Origin: an uncultured Bacillota bacterium
GTDB taxonomy: Bacteria; Bacillota; DTU025; MWDF01
NCBI GenBank assembly: GCA_963823655.1
Contig: CAWGMK010000007.1
Span: 32,001 to 96,000 of the forward strand
DNA length: 64,000 nucleotides
Direction: 5' to 3'
Shown: positions 1 through 10,457 of the stretch, one piece after another
How positions within the stretch are numbered: position 1 is the stretch's first letter
Layout of the letters: the number at the start of each line of letters is the position of its first letter
Position numbers and translations under genes: made by a program
Notes under the pieces: generated by a model
The model's database searches: none
Told to the model about the DNA's origin: nothing
The model's input: the letters and a program-made list of their open reading frames with translations, nothing else

Positions 1-464
1 GCGCCCTGCTCTATCATAGGTATGGCGCCGCCGGGTCCCTCTTCTGCCGGCTGAAAGATGAATTTCACGGTTCCCGGCAGCTCGGACCTGAACGAGGAAA
101 GAAGCTTTGCCGTCGAAAGAAGGCCCGCAGTATGCGCATCATGCCCGCAGCCGTGCATCCACCCTTCATGCTCTGATTTGAAGGGAAGGCCCGTCCTTTC
201 GGTTATTGGAAGGCCGTCCATGTCGGCGCGTATGGCTATCGTACGCCCCGGCAAGCCTCCTTTTAATACCCCAATGACACCGGTGCCGGCTACTTGCGTT
301 CGGACTTCGTCTAGCCCCAAGCCTTTGAGCTTCTGGGCTACGTATGCCGACGTCTTGAACTCCTTTAGCCCTGCCTCAGGCCACTTGTGCAGCGCCCGCC
401 GAGTTTCGACGGCATCCTGGAAGATCTCCTCGCTTTTTGCAGATATCCTCTCATATACAGACAT
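1..464 (-). CDS. M20 family amidohydrolase (5' part; runs off window start)
   Basis: Manual translation from ATG at 464: MSVYERIS...RRALHKWPEAG..EFKTS...IAIRADMDGLP...WMHGCGHDAHTA, which carries M20D motifs. Absent from the ORF track because it is truncated. Confidence 0.9.
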   Translation of the reverse strand, partial: MSVYERISAKSEEIFQDAVETRRALHKWPEAGLKEFKTSAYVAQKLKGLGLDEVRTQVAGTGVIGVLKGGLPGRTIAIRADMDGLPITERTGLPFKSEHEGWMHGCGHDAHTAGLLSTAKLLSSFRSELPGTVKFIFQPAEEGPGGAIPMIEQG

Positions 465-611
465 TTGTCCGCCGCCTTTCTGATAATTATTAAGGAGCCC
501 ATATCAGAACTTCCTGCGATCCTTTGTTAAATAATAAGATACCGTTTCCCCTAATGGTTAAACGGTATCATCATTTGCCGATTCTGTCCTGCATTTGCAC
601 GTTCCTCTTCG

Positions 612-1295
612 CTACTTGCGCCTTGTGGCCAACACATCCTCCACGTCTTTCAGCTTCAACCCTATGGAGCAAAGCGCCACCTGGCTGTGGTAAATCAGGT
701 CTGCAAGCTCACCTGCGGCATCCTGCTTGGACCTGGCGTCCCCTACAAGGCTCGCCTTCATCGCAGCTATGATGAACTCGCCTGACTCCTCTCCTACCTT
801 GCGCAACACCCTTTCCGTCCCGGCGGCAAGGAGCTTGCAAGTGTATGACCCTTCAAGTGGATCTTTCGCCCTCTCCCGGATTACATCATCAAGCTCATTG
901 AGCACGCCCTGCCCTGAGAAACGCCTAATTGCATCCTGCGGATCCGCCGGCGGCTCATTTATAAAACAGGTCTCGGCCCCGGTATGGCACGCCGGCCCTG
1001 CCGGAATGACCTGAAGCAGCAGCGTATCACAGTCGCAATCAAGCTCCATCCTCATTACCTTCATGCGGTTTCCGCTGGTCTCGCCCTTATTCCATAATTT
1101 GCCGCGGCTCCTGCTCCAAAACCAGGCTTCTTCGTGCTCCGCCGTAAGACGCAGAGCCTCCTCGTTCATATAGGCTACCATCAGCACGTCCCCGCTGCTG
1201 AAATCCTGAACTACAGCAGGCATCAGCCCGTTCTCTCCGTATTTTGCCCTTTTACAAAGCTTCTGCCAATACTCTCTCAATCCGAAAACCTCCAA
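612..1295 (-). CDS. hisIE: Bifunctional phosphoribosyl-AMP cyclohydrolase / phosphoribosyl-ATP pyrophosphatase
   Basis: WSRSR..LW.KGETSGN, DCDCD, ACHTG..TCF, then [17 protein letters not shown]. Confidence 0.95.
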   Translation of the reverse strand: MEVFGLREYWQKLCKRAKYGENGLMPAVVQDFSSGDVLMVAYMNEEALRLTAEHEEAWFWSRSRGKLWNKGETSGNRMKVMRMELDCDCDTLLLQVIPAGPACHTGAETCFINEPPADPQDAIRRFSGQGVLNELDDVIRERAKDPLEGSYTCKLLAAGTERVLRKVGEESGEFIIAAMKASLVGDARSKQDAAGELADLIYHSQVALCSIGLKLKDVEDVLATRRK

Positions 1296-1309
1296 TGCCT
1301 ATGTATCGG

Positions 1310-2170
1310 TCAGGCACCCAGCCTTACCGGTATTCCCCTGCCCTTGAGATAGGCTTTCACTTCCCCGATGCTAAGCTCTCCGTTATGAAACAGCGAGGCT
1401 GCCAGTGCCGCGTCCGCCCCTCCCATTGAAAGGGCCGTCGCGAAATCCTCGAGGCACCCGGCCCCGCCTGATGCAATGACTGGCACGTCCACTGCCTCGG
1501 CCACCGCTCTTGTAAGCTCGATATCGTAGCCCTTCCTGACCCCATCCGAATCTATAGAGGTGAGCAGTATTTCGCCGGCTCCCAGCGCTACGACCTTCTT
1601 CGCCCATTCGATAACATCAAGGCCCGTTTCCTTCTTGCCCCCGAATATCAGCACTTCCCATTCGGGCCCATTCGCCCCTTCTTGGAAGCCCTTTTTTGCG
1701 AACTTGTACTCGTCCTCGCCGGCTACAGCTTTCGCGAGCTTCGCCGCAATATTTTCCCCTTCCAGGCGCTTCCGCCTGGCATCTATCGCAACCACCACGC
1801 ACTGGCTTCCGTAGCTTGCAGCGGCGCTTTCGATAAGCCACGGGGTCTTTACCGCGGAAGTGTTGATCGACACTTTATCGGCCCCGGCCCCGAGCACCGC
1901 TTTAATGTCCTCGATACTGGTGATGCCGCCGCCCACCATAAAGGGGATGAACAGCTCCCTGGAGACTTCCCTTGCCAGCTTCGTCGCATTGCCCCTCTTC
2001 TGCGCGGAGGCGGAAATGTCTAAGAAGGCCAGCTCGTCAGCGCCCTCCAGATAGTACCTTCTGGCCAGCTCCACAGGATCGCCGCAATCTCTCAAGCCTT
2101 CGAAATTCACGCCCTTGACCACCCTACCGTCCGCCATATCCAGACAAGGGATTATCCTCTTGCTTAACAT
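1310..2170 (-). CDS. hisF: Imidazole glycerol phosphate synthase cyclase subunit
   Basis: [42 protein letters not shown]; contains an insertion of about 30 aa. Confidence 0.97.
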   Translation of the reverse strand: MLSKRIIPCLDMADGRVVKGVNFEGLRDCGDPVELARRYYLEGADELAFLDISASAQKRGNATKLAREVSRELFIPFMVGGGITSIEDIKAVLGAGADKVSINTSAVKTPWLIESAAASYGSQCVVVAIDARRKRLEGENIAAKLAKAVAGEDEYKFAKKGFQEGANGPEWEVLIFGGKKETGLDVIEWAKKVVALGAGEILLTSIDSDGVRKGYDIELTRAVAEAVDVPVIASGGAGCLEDFATALSMGGADAALAASLFHNGELSIGEVKAYLKGRGIPVRLGA

Positions 2171-2942
2171 GCCGCAGCCTCCCTCGCCTCACCCAATGTG
2201 AAAATGCCCTCGTAAAGCGCCTTGCCTACTATGACGCCGACTATGGAGCCAAGGCCCTTGCCCCTGTCCTTTCCCGGCACCTTCACGGCGCTTTTAAGTT
2301 CTTTTGCTGCCTTCGCGACGAGCCTTAGATGTTCCAAGGACCCAATTCCGCCTGACACGATGACGTCTATGCCGGCAGTTCAATAAATGGCATGGCAGCA
2401 TCTACAGAGGCCCCTTTAAGCGCCCCGTCCCTTATTACATCGGTGACAATGGCAGTGGTGATGCCAATCGTTGAGAGCAGCTCAGCTAACTCCCCGGCAC
2501 TAATCCCCGCGCTTTGGGTCCAGCCCCGGGCCATCGCGGTCCCTGATTTCAAATCCGCCGAAGCGATCACCTTGCCCGGGTATTCAATGACAGCGTTTCT
2601 TATGAATCCGCCATATTCCGCAAGCGAGGTCCCGAGCGCTATGAAGTCCGATCCCATATCGAAGGCCTTCTTGGCCAATTCCATATCCCTTATGCCGCCG
2701 CTCAGGTCCATAACGCCTGTGAAAGCACCTCTAACTGCAGCAATTGGCCCGAGGTTTATCAGCTCTCCAGCCTTCGCCCCATCGAGATCCACAACATGGA
2801 GCCGGGTGGCACCTTGATCGGCCCAGTATCTGGCCGCATCTGCAGGGTTCTCCCAGTAGACTTTCGCCGTGTCATATCCTCCCCTGGTAAGCCTTACGGC
2901 CTTGCCGCCTAATATATCGACTGCGGGGATTATCTCAAGCAT
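2164..2942 (-). CDS. hisA: ProFAR isomerase, frameshifted near 2380
   Basis: [31 protein letters not shown]. The C-terminal [19 protein letters not shown] continues in another frame (2164..2358). Confidence 0.9.
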
Positions 2943-3663
2943 CCGCACCCCTCCCAAGGCCTATGAAACCTGATAGAAGCCTCAATCCGGCCTCGCCGCT
3001 CTTCTCCGGATGGAACTGGACTCCGATGACATTGCCCTTTCTTATCGCTGCGGCTATGGTGGGCCCGTCCCCCGGAAACTGGCCATCGAGGGGAGTTCTA
3101 GCGGCAACTATCGCCTCATCATCCGGGTAAGCCGCAAAGGAATGGGTGAAGTAGAACTTCTCGTTATCCTCATCCATCAGCAGACTGAGGGCGTCCCCCA
3201 CCCTGAAGACGTCGTTCCAGCCTGTATGAGGCACTTTGAAAAATGACTTCCCGCAACCATCGTGTGGTTTCTGTCCATTCGCAATCTCCCAGGCATCGGA
3301 TTTGCTAATCCCAGCCTCAAGCTTGCGGTTCACGCCCCTGAACAGCGAAAGGCCCATCTGCCCCCTGCTCTCCTCGCTTATATCTAGCATAAGCTGCATC
3401 CCAAGGCAGATGCCAAGAAGCGGCCTTCCGGAATCTGCGAAATCGGGCACGGCAAGGTCCATACCCGAGCTCCTCATGCTCTCGCAGGCAGCGCCGAAGG
3501 CTCCCACTCCCGGCAGCACAAGCGCATCCAGCTTGCCAAGCTCAGAAGGTTCATACACTATGACGGGCTTGGCATTGCATACCTCAAGCGCCCTTGCGAC
3601 GCTAGTCAGGTTGCCGATGCCGTAATCCAGTATGCCCACCAGTGGTTTCGAATTGGCACTCAT
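2935..3663 (-). CDS. hisH: IGP synthase glutamine amidotransferase subunit
   Basis: LDYGIGNLTSV, LPGVGAFG, GICLGMQ, VPHTGWN, QFHPEKSG. Confidence 0.96.
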   Translation of the reverse strand: MSANSKPLVGILDYGIGNLTSVARALEVCNAKPVIVYEPSELGKLDALVLPGVGAFGAACESMRSSGMDLAVPDFADSGRPLLGICLGMQLMLDISEESRGQMGLSLFRGVNRKLEAGISKSDAWEIANGQKPHDGCGKSFFKVPHTGWNDVFRVGDALSLLMDEDNEKFYFTHSFAAYPDDEAIVAARTPLDGQFPGDGPTIAAAIRKGNVIGVQFHPEKSGEAGLRLLSGFIGLGRGADA

Positions 3664-4253
3664 CCTATGCACCCCTTGCTGCTTGAGGCCCCCGTCCTTT
3701 GCGAGTCCGGTTCAAGCGCCGCCCTTAGAGCCAGCGCCAGCCCCTTGAAGGCGGCCTCTGTCGAATGATGGCGGTTATCGGACTTCAAAACATCAATATG
3801 CAGGGTAATGCCTGCCTCCTTGGCAAAGGCTTTCAGGAATTCTATAAGATCCTCATCCATGTCAGGCGCGTCAATGAAAGCGCCGCCTCTTCCGCTCACA
3901 TCAAGGCTCACTTGCGCAAGAGATCCGTCCATAGGCGCCAGGGCCCAGCCGAAGCGCCTTATGGCAGCTCCTCTGGAATCTAGTTTGTCCGCATCTTGTC
4001 CGCTTACTGCAAGCCCCAGCGCCCTGCCAAGGCTAATGCCCACATCCTCGCAAAGGTGATGATATCCGGTCTTCAGGTCGGCCTGAGACTCGATTGTTAT
4101 ATCCATTAGGGAGTGGAATGACAATTGAGCCAGCATATGGTCGAAAAAGCCGAAGCCCGTATCTGCAGTAAGAATGCCCTGTCCCTCTATCTTCACGACC
4201 GCCTTGATGGCAGTTTCCCCGGTCTTCCTCTCATAACAACCCGTGCGAGCCAT
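3660..4253 (-). CDS. hisB: Imidazoleglycerol-phosphate dehydratase
   Basis: RKTGET, TGFGFFDHML, HHLCEDVGI, NRHHSTEAAFK, SSKG; ATG 4253 follows AGGAGG. Confidence 0.95.
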   Translation of the reverse strand: MARTGCYERKTGETAIKAVVKIEGQGILTADTGFGFFDHMLAQLSFHSLMDITIESQADLKTGYHHLCEDVGISLGRALGLAVSGQDADKLDSRGAAIRRFGWALAPMDGSLAQVSLDVSGRGGAFIDAPDMDEDLIEFLKAFAKEAGITLHIDVLKSDNRHHSTEAAFKGLALALRAALEPDSQRTGASSSKGCIG

Positions 4254-4394
4254 TGAAATCCCCTCCTGAAACAATAAACTTATCCTTCATCTCGGTTGCC
4301 GACAGTAACCGCTCAGTCCCAGCCGGTCTTCTTTTCGGCTTCGGCCACCTTTTCGCATTCACGCATAAAGCCCACAGTATCTGCCTTTTCAAAT

Positions 4395-5370
4395 TTATCT
4401 GGTTTTTAAAGCCGCTCTCACTGCATCAATGAGCCGCCTGTTCTCCGACGCAGTACCCACCGTTACCCTTATCAAGTCGGGCCGGTCCGCGAACGCCCGG
4501 GTAAGTATCCCCATTGAAGCCAGCTTCGCGTTGAGCCTGCACCCCTCATCCCCACCTAACTCTATGAGAAGGAAGTTGCAGGAATCGCCCCTTACCTTAA
4601 GCCCCATCTTCATAAGTCCTTTGGCCAGGTAATCCCTGCCATAGGAGTTGTCGCCGACGTATTCTCCAAGGGCTTCTTCTTCATCAAGGGCCGATATGGC
4701 GATCTCCTCGCAAATGGACGGCACATTGTAGGGAAGCTTGGCCTTTCTTTAGCAGTTCAGCCATCTCTTCGCCCGAGATGCTGTAGCCCACCCTGATGCC
4801 CGCAAGCCTCCTGGCCTTCGAGAAGGTGCGAAGGATTACTGTCCTGCCGGACGCCATATCGGACATGTCCGAGCCGCAGAACTCCGCATATGCCTGGTCT
4901 ATTGCTACATACGCCTTTGATGTCGGGATCTTCGACCTTACGAACTTCTCCATGCTGTCGCCCGTCGGGTTATTGGGGACGCATAGCATGACAAGGGCCC
5001 TCTCATCAGCCAGAGCCTCATCCAGCGCGCTCTCGTCCGGAAGGCCGTCGAACCCAAGGCCGATTGCCTCAAACGGCAGGCCGCAGATCGAAGATATGCC
5101 TCTGTACATGGAAAATGATGGCCATGGTGATACTACCCGATCCACTTTCCCCCTTAGGGCGAGCATTAGGACCATGATCATCTCGTCGGAGCCCACTCCC
5201 ACCACGAAGCGCGAAGCCTCAATGCCGAACCTCTCGGAAAGCCTTGCCCGCAGCCTGTCCGAATCCATGCTCGGATACCTGTTGAATGGTATATCCATAA
5301 GAGAGCCCAGTATGCGAGCTTTCGCTCCAGCAGGGACATCCAGGCTGCACTCATTGGCGTCCAGCTTGAC
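4395..5370 (-). CDS. hisC: Histidinol-phosphate aminotransferase moiety of the HisD-HisC fusion
   Basis: KLDANE, NRYP, GSDE, PNNPTG, DQAYAEF, RTFSKA..LAGIRVGY; the tail (LPYNV..NFLL..IRVTVGT..EN) lies in frame 4395..4724. Confidence 0.85.
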
Positions 5371-6688
5371 GGGCTTAAATCCTGCCACTCTTTCTGATTC
5401 CGCATCAAGCGGGGAGCCGGCGGCAAGCCTTACGCTTACGGAAGATGCATGCCCGAAGAGCCCCTCCTCCTTGGCCAGAACTACGGCTGCCGGGCCTTCC
5501 GCCAGGAAGCCGTCCTTGGAGTACTCCACCACGTTAACCGCCTTCTGGAAGTCCGAAGTTGAGAGCGTTCCCCTGAACCTCGCCGTGCCCATCGTAGGAA
5601 GCACATGGCTGGGCCCTGCGACGTAGTCTCCCATCGCCTCGGCGGAGTAGTTACCTACGAATATCGTCCCAGCATTAGATGCCATCTGTGCGAGGGCTGC
5701 CGCACCTTCACAACACAGCTCCAGGTGCTCAGGCGCAAATTTGTCCGCAATTCCTATTGCCTCTTCAAGCGATCCGGCCATTATGCATGCGGAATAAGAC
5801 TCCAGGGCCGCTCTTGCAATCGCCTGCCTTGGGGCAATTAAGAGCTGCCTTTCCAATTCATCCAATACTTTTCCAAGCACTCCGGCCGAAGTGGTTACAA
5901 GCGTGCAGCAGGCCAGCTCGTCGTGTTCCGCCTGTGCGATGAGGTCGGCGGCTATAAATGAGGGGTTGGCCGTCTCGTCCGCCACTACCATGAGCTCGCT
6001 GGGCCCTGCCAGCATATCGACCCTTACATCGCCCATTACAGCCCTTTTGGCCGCGGTTACATAGGCGTTGCCGGGGCCTGCGATTACATCAACCGCAGGT
6101 ACGCTCTTGGTGGAGTATGCGAGCGCGGCTATGGCCTGGGCCCCTCCTATGCGGAAGATCCTGTCCACGCCGGCAATTTCAGCGGCTGCAAGCGTTGCCT
6201 TGTTTATCGAGCCGTCCTTGCCGGGAGGCGTGCACATATAGACATTGGGTACTCCGGCTGCCTTCGCAGCCAGGCCGCACATCAGCACAGTCGAAGGGTA
6301 TGCCGCGCTTCCGCCCGGTACGTAAATGCCTGCGGACTTCAAGGGCACCATCCTCTGGCCCAGCCTTGTGCCATATCCGTCCATGTAGGACCAGGATGCC
6401 TGCCTTTGTGATATGTGGAAGCGCGATATGTTGGCCGCAGCAAGCTCCAGAGACTTCCTTACACCTGCGTCCAGGCTTAGAAGCGCCTCTTTTGCTAACT
6501 TCATATCGAGTTCTATATCCTGCTCCCCCATATCGGGCCAGTCGAACTTTCGAGTGAGTTCAACAAGCGCCAAGTCGCCATCTGCCCTTACTTTCGAGAT
6601 GATCTCCAATGCTGTGCCCATGAAACTTGGCGCCATCGGCAGCAGGCCTTATCTTCGATATTTCTGAGGAAGGGATGATTCTCAGCAT
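4395..6688 (-). CDS. hisD: Histidinol dehydrogenase fused in frame to histidinol-phosphate aminotransferase (single-base shifts near 6625 and 4745)
   Basis: ORF 4684..6636 has HisD motifs (GIYVPGG, GPGNAYV, AGPSE, QAEHD, APEHL, GPSHVLPT) running directly into HisC motifs. The likely true start is ATG 6688 in another frame. Confidence 0.85.
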
Positions 6689-6693
6689 CTTTT

Positions 6694-7368
6694 TCATTTG
6701 GCATCCGCCCCCTTGATGCCGGCGGATCTCATAAGTGCGCAGAATTCGGCAATTTCCTCCGACCTGAGTCCGTAGCTGGACCTGCTTGCGATGAGCCTTG
6801 CGCTGGACCTGGAGATTTCGGCTACTATGCCAAGGCCGTTCTCCTTCAATGTGAGGCCGCTGGAGACTATGTCCACGATTGCGTCTGCCAGACCGACTGA
6901 TGACGCAAGCTCGACCGCGCCCTTCAGCGTTATGATCTCGGGCCTTAATATCCTGCCCTTTGCGAACTCCTTGGTGATGGCGGGGAATTTGGTGGCAATC
7001 CTTAGCTTTGCTATCCTGCCGCCCCCTTCCAGCGCCTTTTTGTAGCCCTCGATGGCCTCAAGCGGGGCCGCCAGCACGAACCGGCATTCTCCGAAGCCGA
7101 GGTCCATCAGCTCATATACTTCCTCTCCCGACTCCGAGAGCCCGTCCTTGCCTACTATGCCAAGGTCCGCAACACCCCTGGCAACATAGACTGGGACGTC
7201 GGAAGGCCTTGAGATCAGGTATCTGGCCCTGTTTCCTGTAAAAATGAGCTTCCTGCTAGCCTTGTCGTACGGGCAATCGTATCCTACGCTGTTTAGAGCG
7301 ACTGCCGCCTCTTCGAGCATGCGCCCCGCCGGAAGCGCTATAGTCATCTTGCCGTTAGCCTCTGTCAT
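6694..7368 (-). CDS. hisG: ATP phosphoribosyltransferase, short form
   Basis: IALPAGR, DVPVYV..GVADLGIVGKD, IATKFP, GAVEL..GLADAIVDIVSSG.TLKENGL. Confidence 0.96.
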   Translation of the reverse strand: MTEANGKMTIALPAGRMLEEAAVALNSVGYDCPYDKASRKLIFTGNRARYLISRPSDVPVYVARGVADLGIVGKDGLSESGEEVYELMDLGFGECRFVLAAPLEAIEGYKKALEGGGRIAKLRIATKFPAITKEFAKGRILRPEIITLKGAVELASSVGLADAIVDIVSSGLTLKENGLGIVAEISRSSARLIASRSSYGLRSEEIAEFCALMRSAGIKGADAK

Positions 7369-8363
7369 TCTTCCTGAACCCCCTCAGGCCTGATTTCCAT
7401 TAACATACCCATGTCCAACGCGAAGCCTATTCCGCCCTCATCCGAGCCCAGGGACCTCATAAGCCCGTCGTACTGGCCGCCGCCTAGCATCGGCCTTCCG
7501 TAGCCATTTACGTAGGCTTCGAAGACTGGGCCGTTGTAGTAATCCAAGGGCCTCAGAAGGCCGAGCTCGAAGGCGATGCCAACCCCTTTTGATACCATCC
7601 TCGCGCCATCGAGAAGAAGTGATGCCCTGAGTGCCTCTTCGGCAAGCTTCGTTGCCGGATACTCGCGTACGATGCCCTCCAAGCCCTTGATCGCGGCCTC
7701 ATCGCAATTCGAGGGAATCAGCTTACGCAGCATGGATGAAGCCTTGTTCCCTTTGCCGTATTTGGTAAGGGCGGACATTGCTGAACTTATGTCATGGACC
7801 ATCAGGGCCTGCCTTAGCTCGTCCATCTGCAGGCCGTCCAGTCCGCTTTCAAGAAGCAGTTGGTCTAAAAGGGATATGTCGCCTATTCTAAGTTGCACTG
7901 CTTCCTTGGCGAAGCGGCAGATGCCAATCGCGGCGCCCAAAGCCTCAAGCCCCGCCTTGAGCCCGTCGTGTCCGTAGATCTCGGCGCCGAGCTGAAGATC
8001 CTGCCTCGATATGGCAAGTCCGTCCCTATTGCCGGGCCTTCTGAATACTGGCCCTGTGTAGAAGAGCCTTAATGGCCTCGGTTTTGAAGCAAGCTCCCTT
8101 ATGGCAAGCTTCGCGCACGGCCTGGTCATATCGGAGCTGAGCCTGCCGATGAAGCCTCCGGGCAATGCGAACTTGATAGGCCCGCCAGGCATGCCCGCCT
8201 CATCGTTATTGTCAGCAAGCTCGATTATCGGAAGCCTTACTTCGTCGAAACCCAGGCTCTCCAGCATTGAAGCAAGCGCCGCCTCGGTCCTTCTTAAAGC
8301 GCCTGCCTCCGGGGGGAGAAGCAAGGACAAACCATCCATTACATCCTGCAAGTACAACACCAC
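7365..8363 (-). CDS. hisZ: ATP phosphoribosyltransferase regulatory subunit
   Basis: HisRS-like motifs (DMT, LRLFY.GPVFR, QLGAEIYG, DYYNGPVFE, GGGQYD, GIGFALD); adjacent to short hisG. Confidence 0.9.
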   Translation of the reverse strand: MVLYLQDVMDGLSLLLPPEAGALRRTEAALASMLESLGFDEVRLPIIELADNNDEAGMPGGPIKFALPGGFIGRLSSDMTRPCAKLAIRELASKPRPLRLFYTGPVFRRPGNRDGLAISRQDLQLGAEIYGHDGLKAGLEALGAAIGICRFAKEAVQLRIGDISLLDQLLLESGLDGLQMDELRQALMVHDISSAMSALTKYGKGNKASSMLRKLIPSNCDEAAIKGLEGIVREYPATKLAEEALRASLLLDGARMVSKGVGIAFELGLLRPLDYYNGPVFEAYVNGYGRPMLGGGQYDGLMRSLGSDEGGIGFALDMGMLMEIRPEGVQEE

Positions 8364-8399
8364 TCTTTATCGCTTTAGTTAGGTAAAGTATTAAAGTGC
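8363..8399. promoter_or_regulatory. HisR (YerC/TrpR-like) operator upstream of his operon
   Basis: CGCTTTA-GTTAGG-TAAAGTA at 8371-8390 matches the YACTTTA-N6-TAAAGTR palindrome with 1 mismatch, flanked by extra half-sites at 8-bp spacing. Confidence 0.75.
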
Positions 8400-8408
8400 A
8401 CGAATAAG

Positions 8409-8437
8409 AAGATACTATCAACTCAGAAAAGAGTCAA
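8409..8437 (-). promoter_or_regulatory. SigA-type promoter of his operon
   Basis: TTGACT-17 bp-TATCTT on the minus strand, immediately upstream of the operator. Confidence 0.65.
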
Positions 8438-8470
8438 GGAAATGCCTGTATTTATATCGGTGCAGAAAAG

Positions 8471-8496
8471 AAAAGGCCGCCATGCAGGCGGCTTTC
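8471..8496. terminator. Intrinsic terminator-like hairpin
   Basis: AAAAGGCCGCC-ATGCA-GGCGGCTTT; followed by a T-run on the minus strand. Confidence 0.5.
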
Positions 8497-8724
8497 AATT
8501 TTGTTGGGTTTATGAGAGGCTTGAGCCTTTAACCTCCAGGTTGCCAGATGCCCTTCCGGCTTGACCATCCTCGAAAATATCTGGCTCTTGGATAGAAGCC
8601 CCGGTTATTTGTGGTAGCAAAAAGTGACTATGTTCCTCGGCAGTACATCATTACATTTATTGTATTTTAAAAATCGTTGATTTTCTACAATAAAACCATT
8701 AATATTGGTTTAGGTGGTGAAAAT

Positions 8725-9298
8725 ATGATAAAAACTAACGCTATGCTAAGGCACGAATTAAAATCGTATGTGAACCCGATGGAAAACATACGACGACTGG
8801 CCAAAGAAGGAGAAATGGTTTTCTGTTGTCAGAGGGTTATATGAAACGGACAGGAGTATTCCTGGTTACTATCTTGCCCCAATCATTTCGGATCCTTCAT
8901 ATCTATCCTTTGAGTTTGCATTAGCATACTACTCCTATTTGAAGCTGCATATAACTTTACATTGGCTACTTTTGAAAGAAAAAGGCAAAGCAATAATACA
9001 CCATACGGCAGCTTCACTATCGTGATGTACCGAGTGAAGCATGCTGATAACTTCGTACAGGACCGGGTACGGTTTTAAAATTGCGTCTGCCGAGAAGGCA
9101 ATATGCGATGCGCTCTCCAAAATGCCCCACTAATGAATAGAAGTGAATTGGAGCGCATGTATTTGAGGATCTGAGAATTGATGAAAGCGATTTCTTCCAT
9201 CTAAACATGACAGATCTTCTTAATACATCCGCCTTTTTAAGTCGCAGGAACACAAGTTGCTACAGGTATCTATCAAAAGGAGAATGAAGACGAAGTAA
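8725..9298 (+). pseudogene. Degraded AbiEi-like (type IV TA antitoxin) gene
   Basis: Fragments across frames: MIKTNAMLRHELKSYVNP..IRRL.KEG, RGLYETD..IPGYYLA..PSYLSFEFALAYY, ATFE, YRDVP, IAS.EKAICD.L. Multiple disruptions and no partner toxin gene. Confidence 0.6.
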
Positions 9299-9392
9299 AT
9301 CATCCGCTTTATGCATAGAGCTACTGGTCAGTTGCGCGAACAGGCAAATGCGGCAGGCTTATCCAAATGATTAAGCCGGGAAGTGAAATGTT

Positions 9393-9711
9393 ATGATGCT
9401 CGTCGAACTGCTTATTCTGTCACCTATAGGCGCAGCACTCATCTTGTGTGGCTTGCTAATCTGGAAGAAGAACAGGATAGATTTGATACATTCATATCAC
9501 TATAAAAGAGTCACAGAGGAGAACAAAAAGGCGTATTCAACGGCAATGGGCAAAGGCGTCCTGCTCATGGGTATCGGAGTGTTACTGACCGGTATTGATC
9601 AATTACGTAACGGGAGCTGCTTCCGGCTGGATTTGTTTCGTGTTTTTCTTCATCTTAGGGCTCACGTTGGTGCTAAGAGCCCAGAGCAAATTCAATGGCG
9701 GGCTTTTCTAA
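9393..9711 (+). CDS. Small membrane protein (DUF3784-like), frameshift near 9600
   Basis: TM-LIWKK.RIDLIHSYHY..V.EE.KKAY..GKG-TM; the third TM and ..KFNGGLF* are in a shifted frame. Confidence 0.6.
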
Positions 9712-9774
9712 CATTCCCGATACGTTGACTGAATTGACTGCATCTTCCTTTTAGAAATATCGAGTATATGTATG

Positions 9775-10080
9775 TTAGATCTCCCCTTTTTCCTTCAGCC
9801 TTGCTATGGCCAGCTTATATCCCCCCGCACCAAATGCGAGGAACCTTTTGACCCTGCTTACGGTGGCGGAACTTGCCCCCGTATCCTTACCTACTTCAGC
9901 GTACGTCCTGCCCTTTTCCAGGCTCAGAGCGATCTCGAACCGGTCGCTAAGTTCGCTTACCTCCGAGATGGTGCAGAGGTCCTCGAAAAAGGCGTAACAT
10001 TCATCGACGTTTTCAAGCGTCATTATTGCCTTGAAGAGCCTATCTGTCTTCGCGCGGTCCACATTGTCCTTAAGCGCCAT
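9775..10080 (-). CDS. hisR: YerC/YecD TrpR-like regulator (HisR)
   Basis: LFKAIMTLENVDECYAFFEDLCT..E..RFEIA..L..G.TY.EV...TGASSATVSRVKR.L.FG.GGY; ATG follows AGGAGG. Confidence 0.85.
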   Translation of the reverse strand: MALKDNVDRAKTDRLFKAIMTLENVDECYAFFEDLCTISEVSELSDRFEIALSLEKGRTYAEVGKDTGASSATVSRVKRFLAFGAGGYKLAIARLKEKGEI

Positions 10081-10238
10081 GTAACAGGCCTCCTTTTGGC
10101 ACACATATGCTTCATCTTGTTAAAGTATATTTAAATCTCCGGGCATTACAAATCCATTAGATATTGCTGTCTGTTGTGGATCCGGAACTATTTGCCAAAC
10201 TTGCTGAGATACGGCTTAATAGACTCATTTCGTAAATA

Positions 10239-10380
10239 TCATTTTCCTGCATGAATAGCCTTCAGCTTTTCGAACGCCCTCCTGTAACCGTCAATTTGAT
10301 CGGACCATTCAGCAAGCTTCAGGCAGGGGAACTGGTCGCATTCGCTGCAGTTGCCTAAGCCTTCGTCATCCATACATCTG
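10239..10380 (-). pseudogene. C-terminal remnant of a Cys-rich (DUF3795-like) protein
   Basis: RCMDDEGLGNCSECDQFPCLKL...KLKAIHAGK*; no intact N-terminus. Confidence 0.4.
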
Positions 10381-10457
10381 AATAGCGATCTGAATAGGTT
10401 TTCTTGCAATCCTACTTCTGAAATCTCGGGACTTTTGGCTTCACATCATGTTTTAAA

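Noticed and set aside
4313-4394. Short ORF or possible HisC C-terminal extension
   Set aside because: It depends on an assumed homopolymer error and has no recognisable motif.
8400-8700. T-box or His leader-peptide attenuator for the his operon
   Set aside because: No T-box consensus or His-codon run; the promoter sits directly upstream of hisZ.
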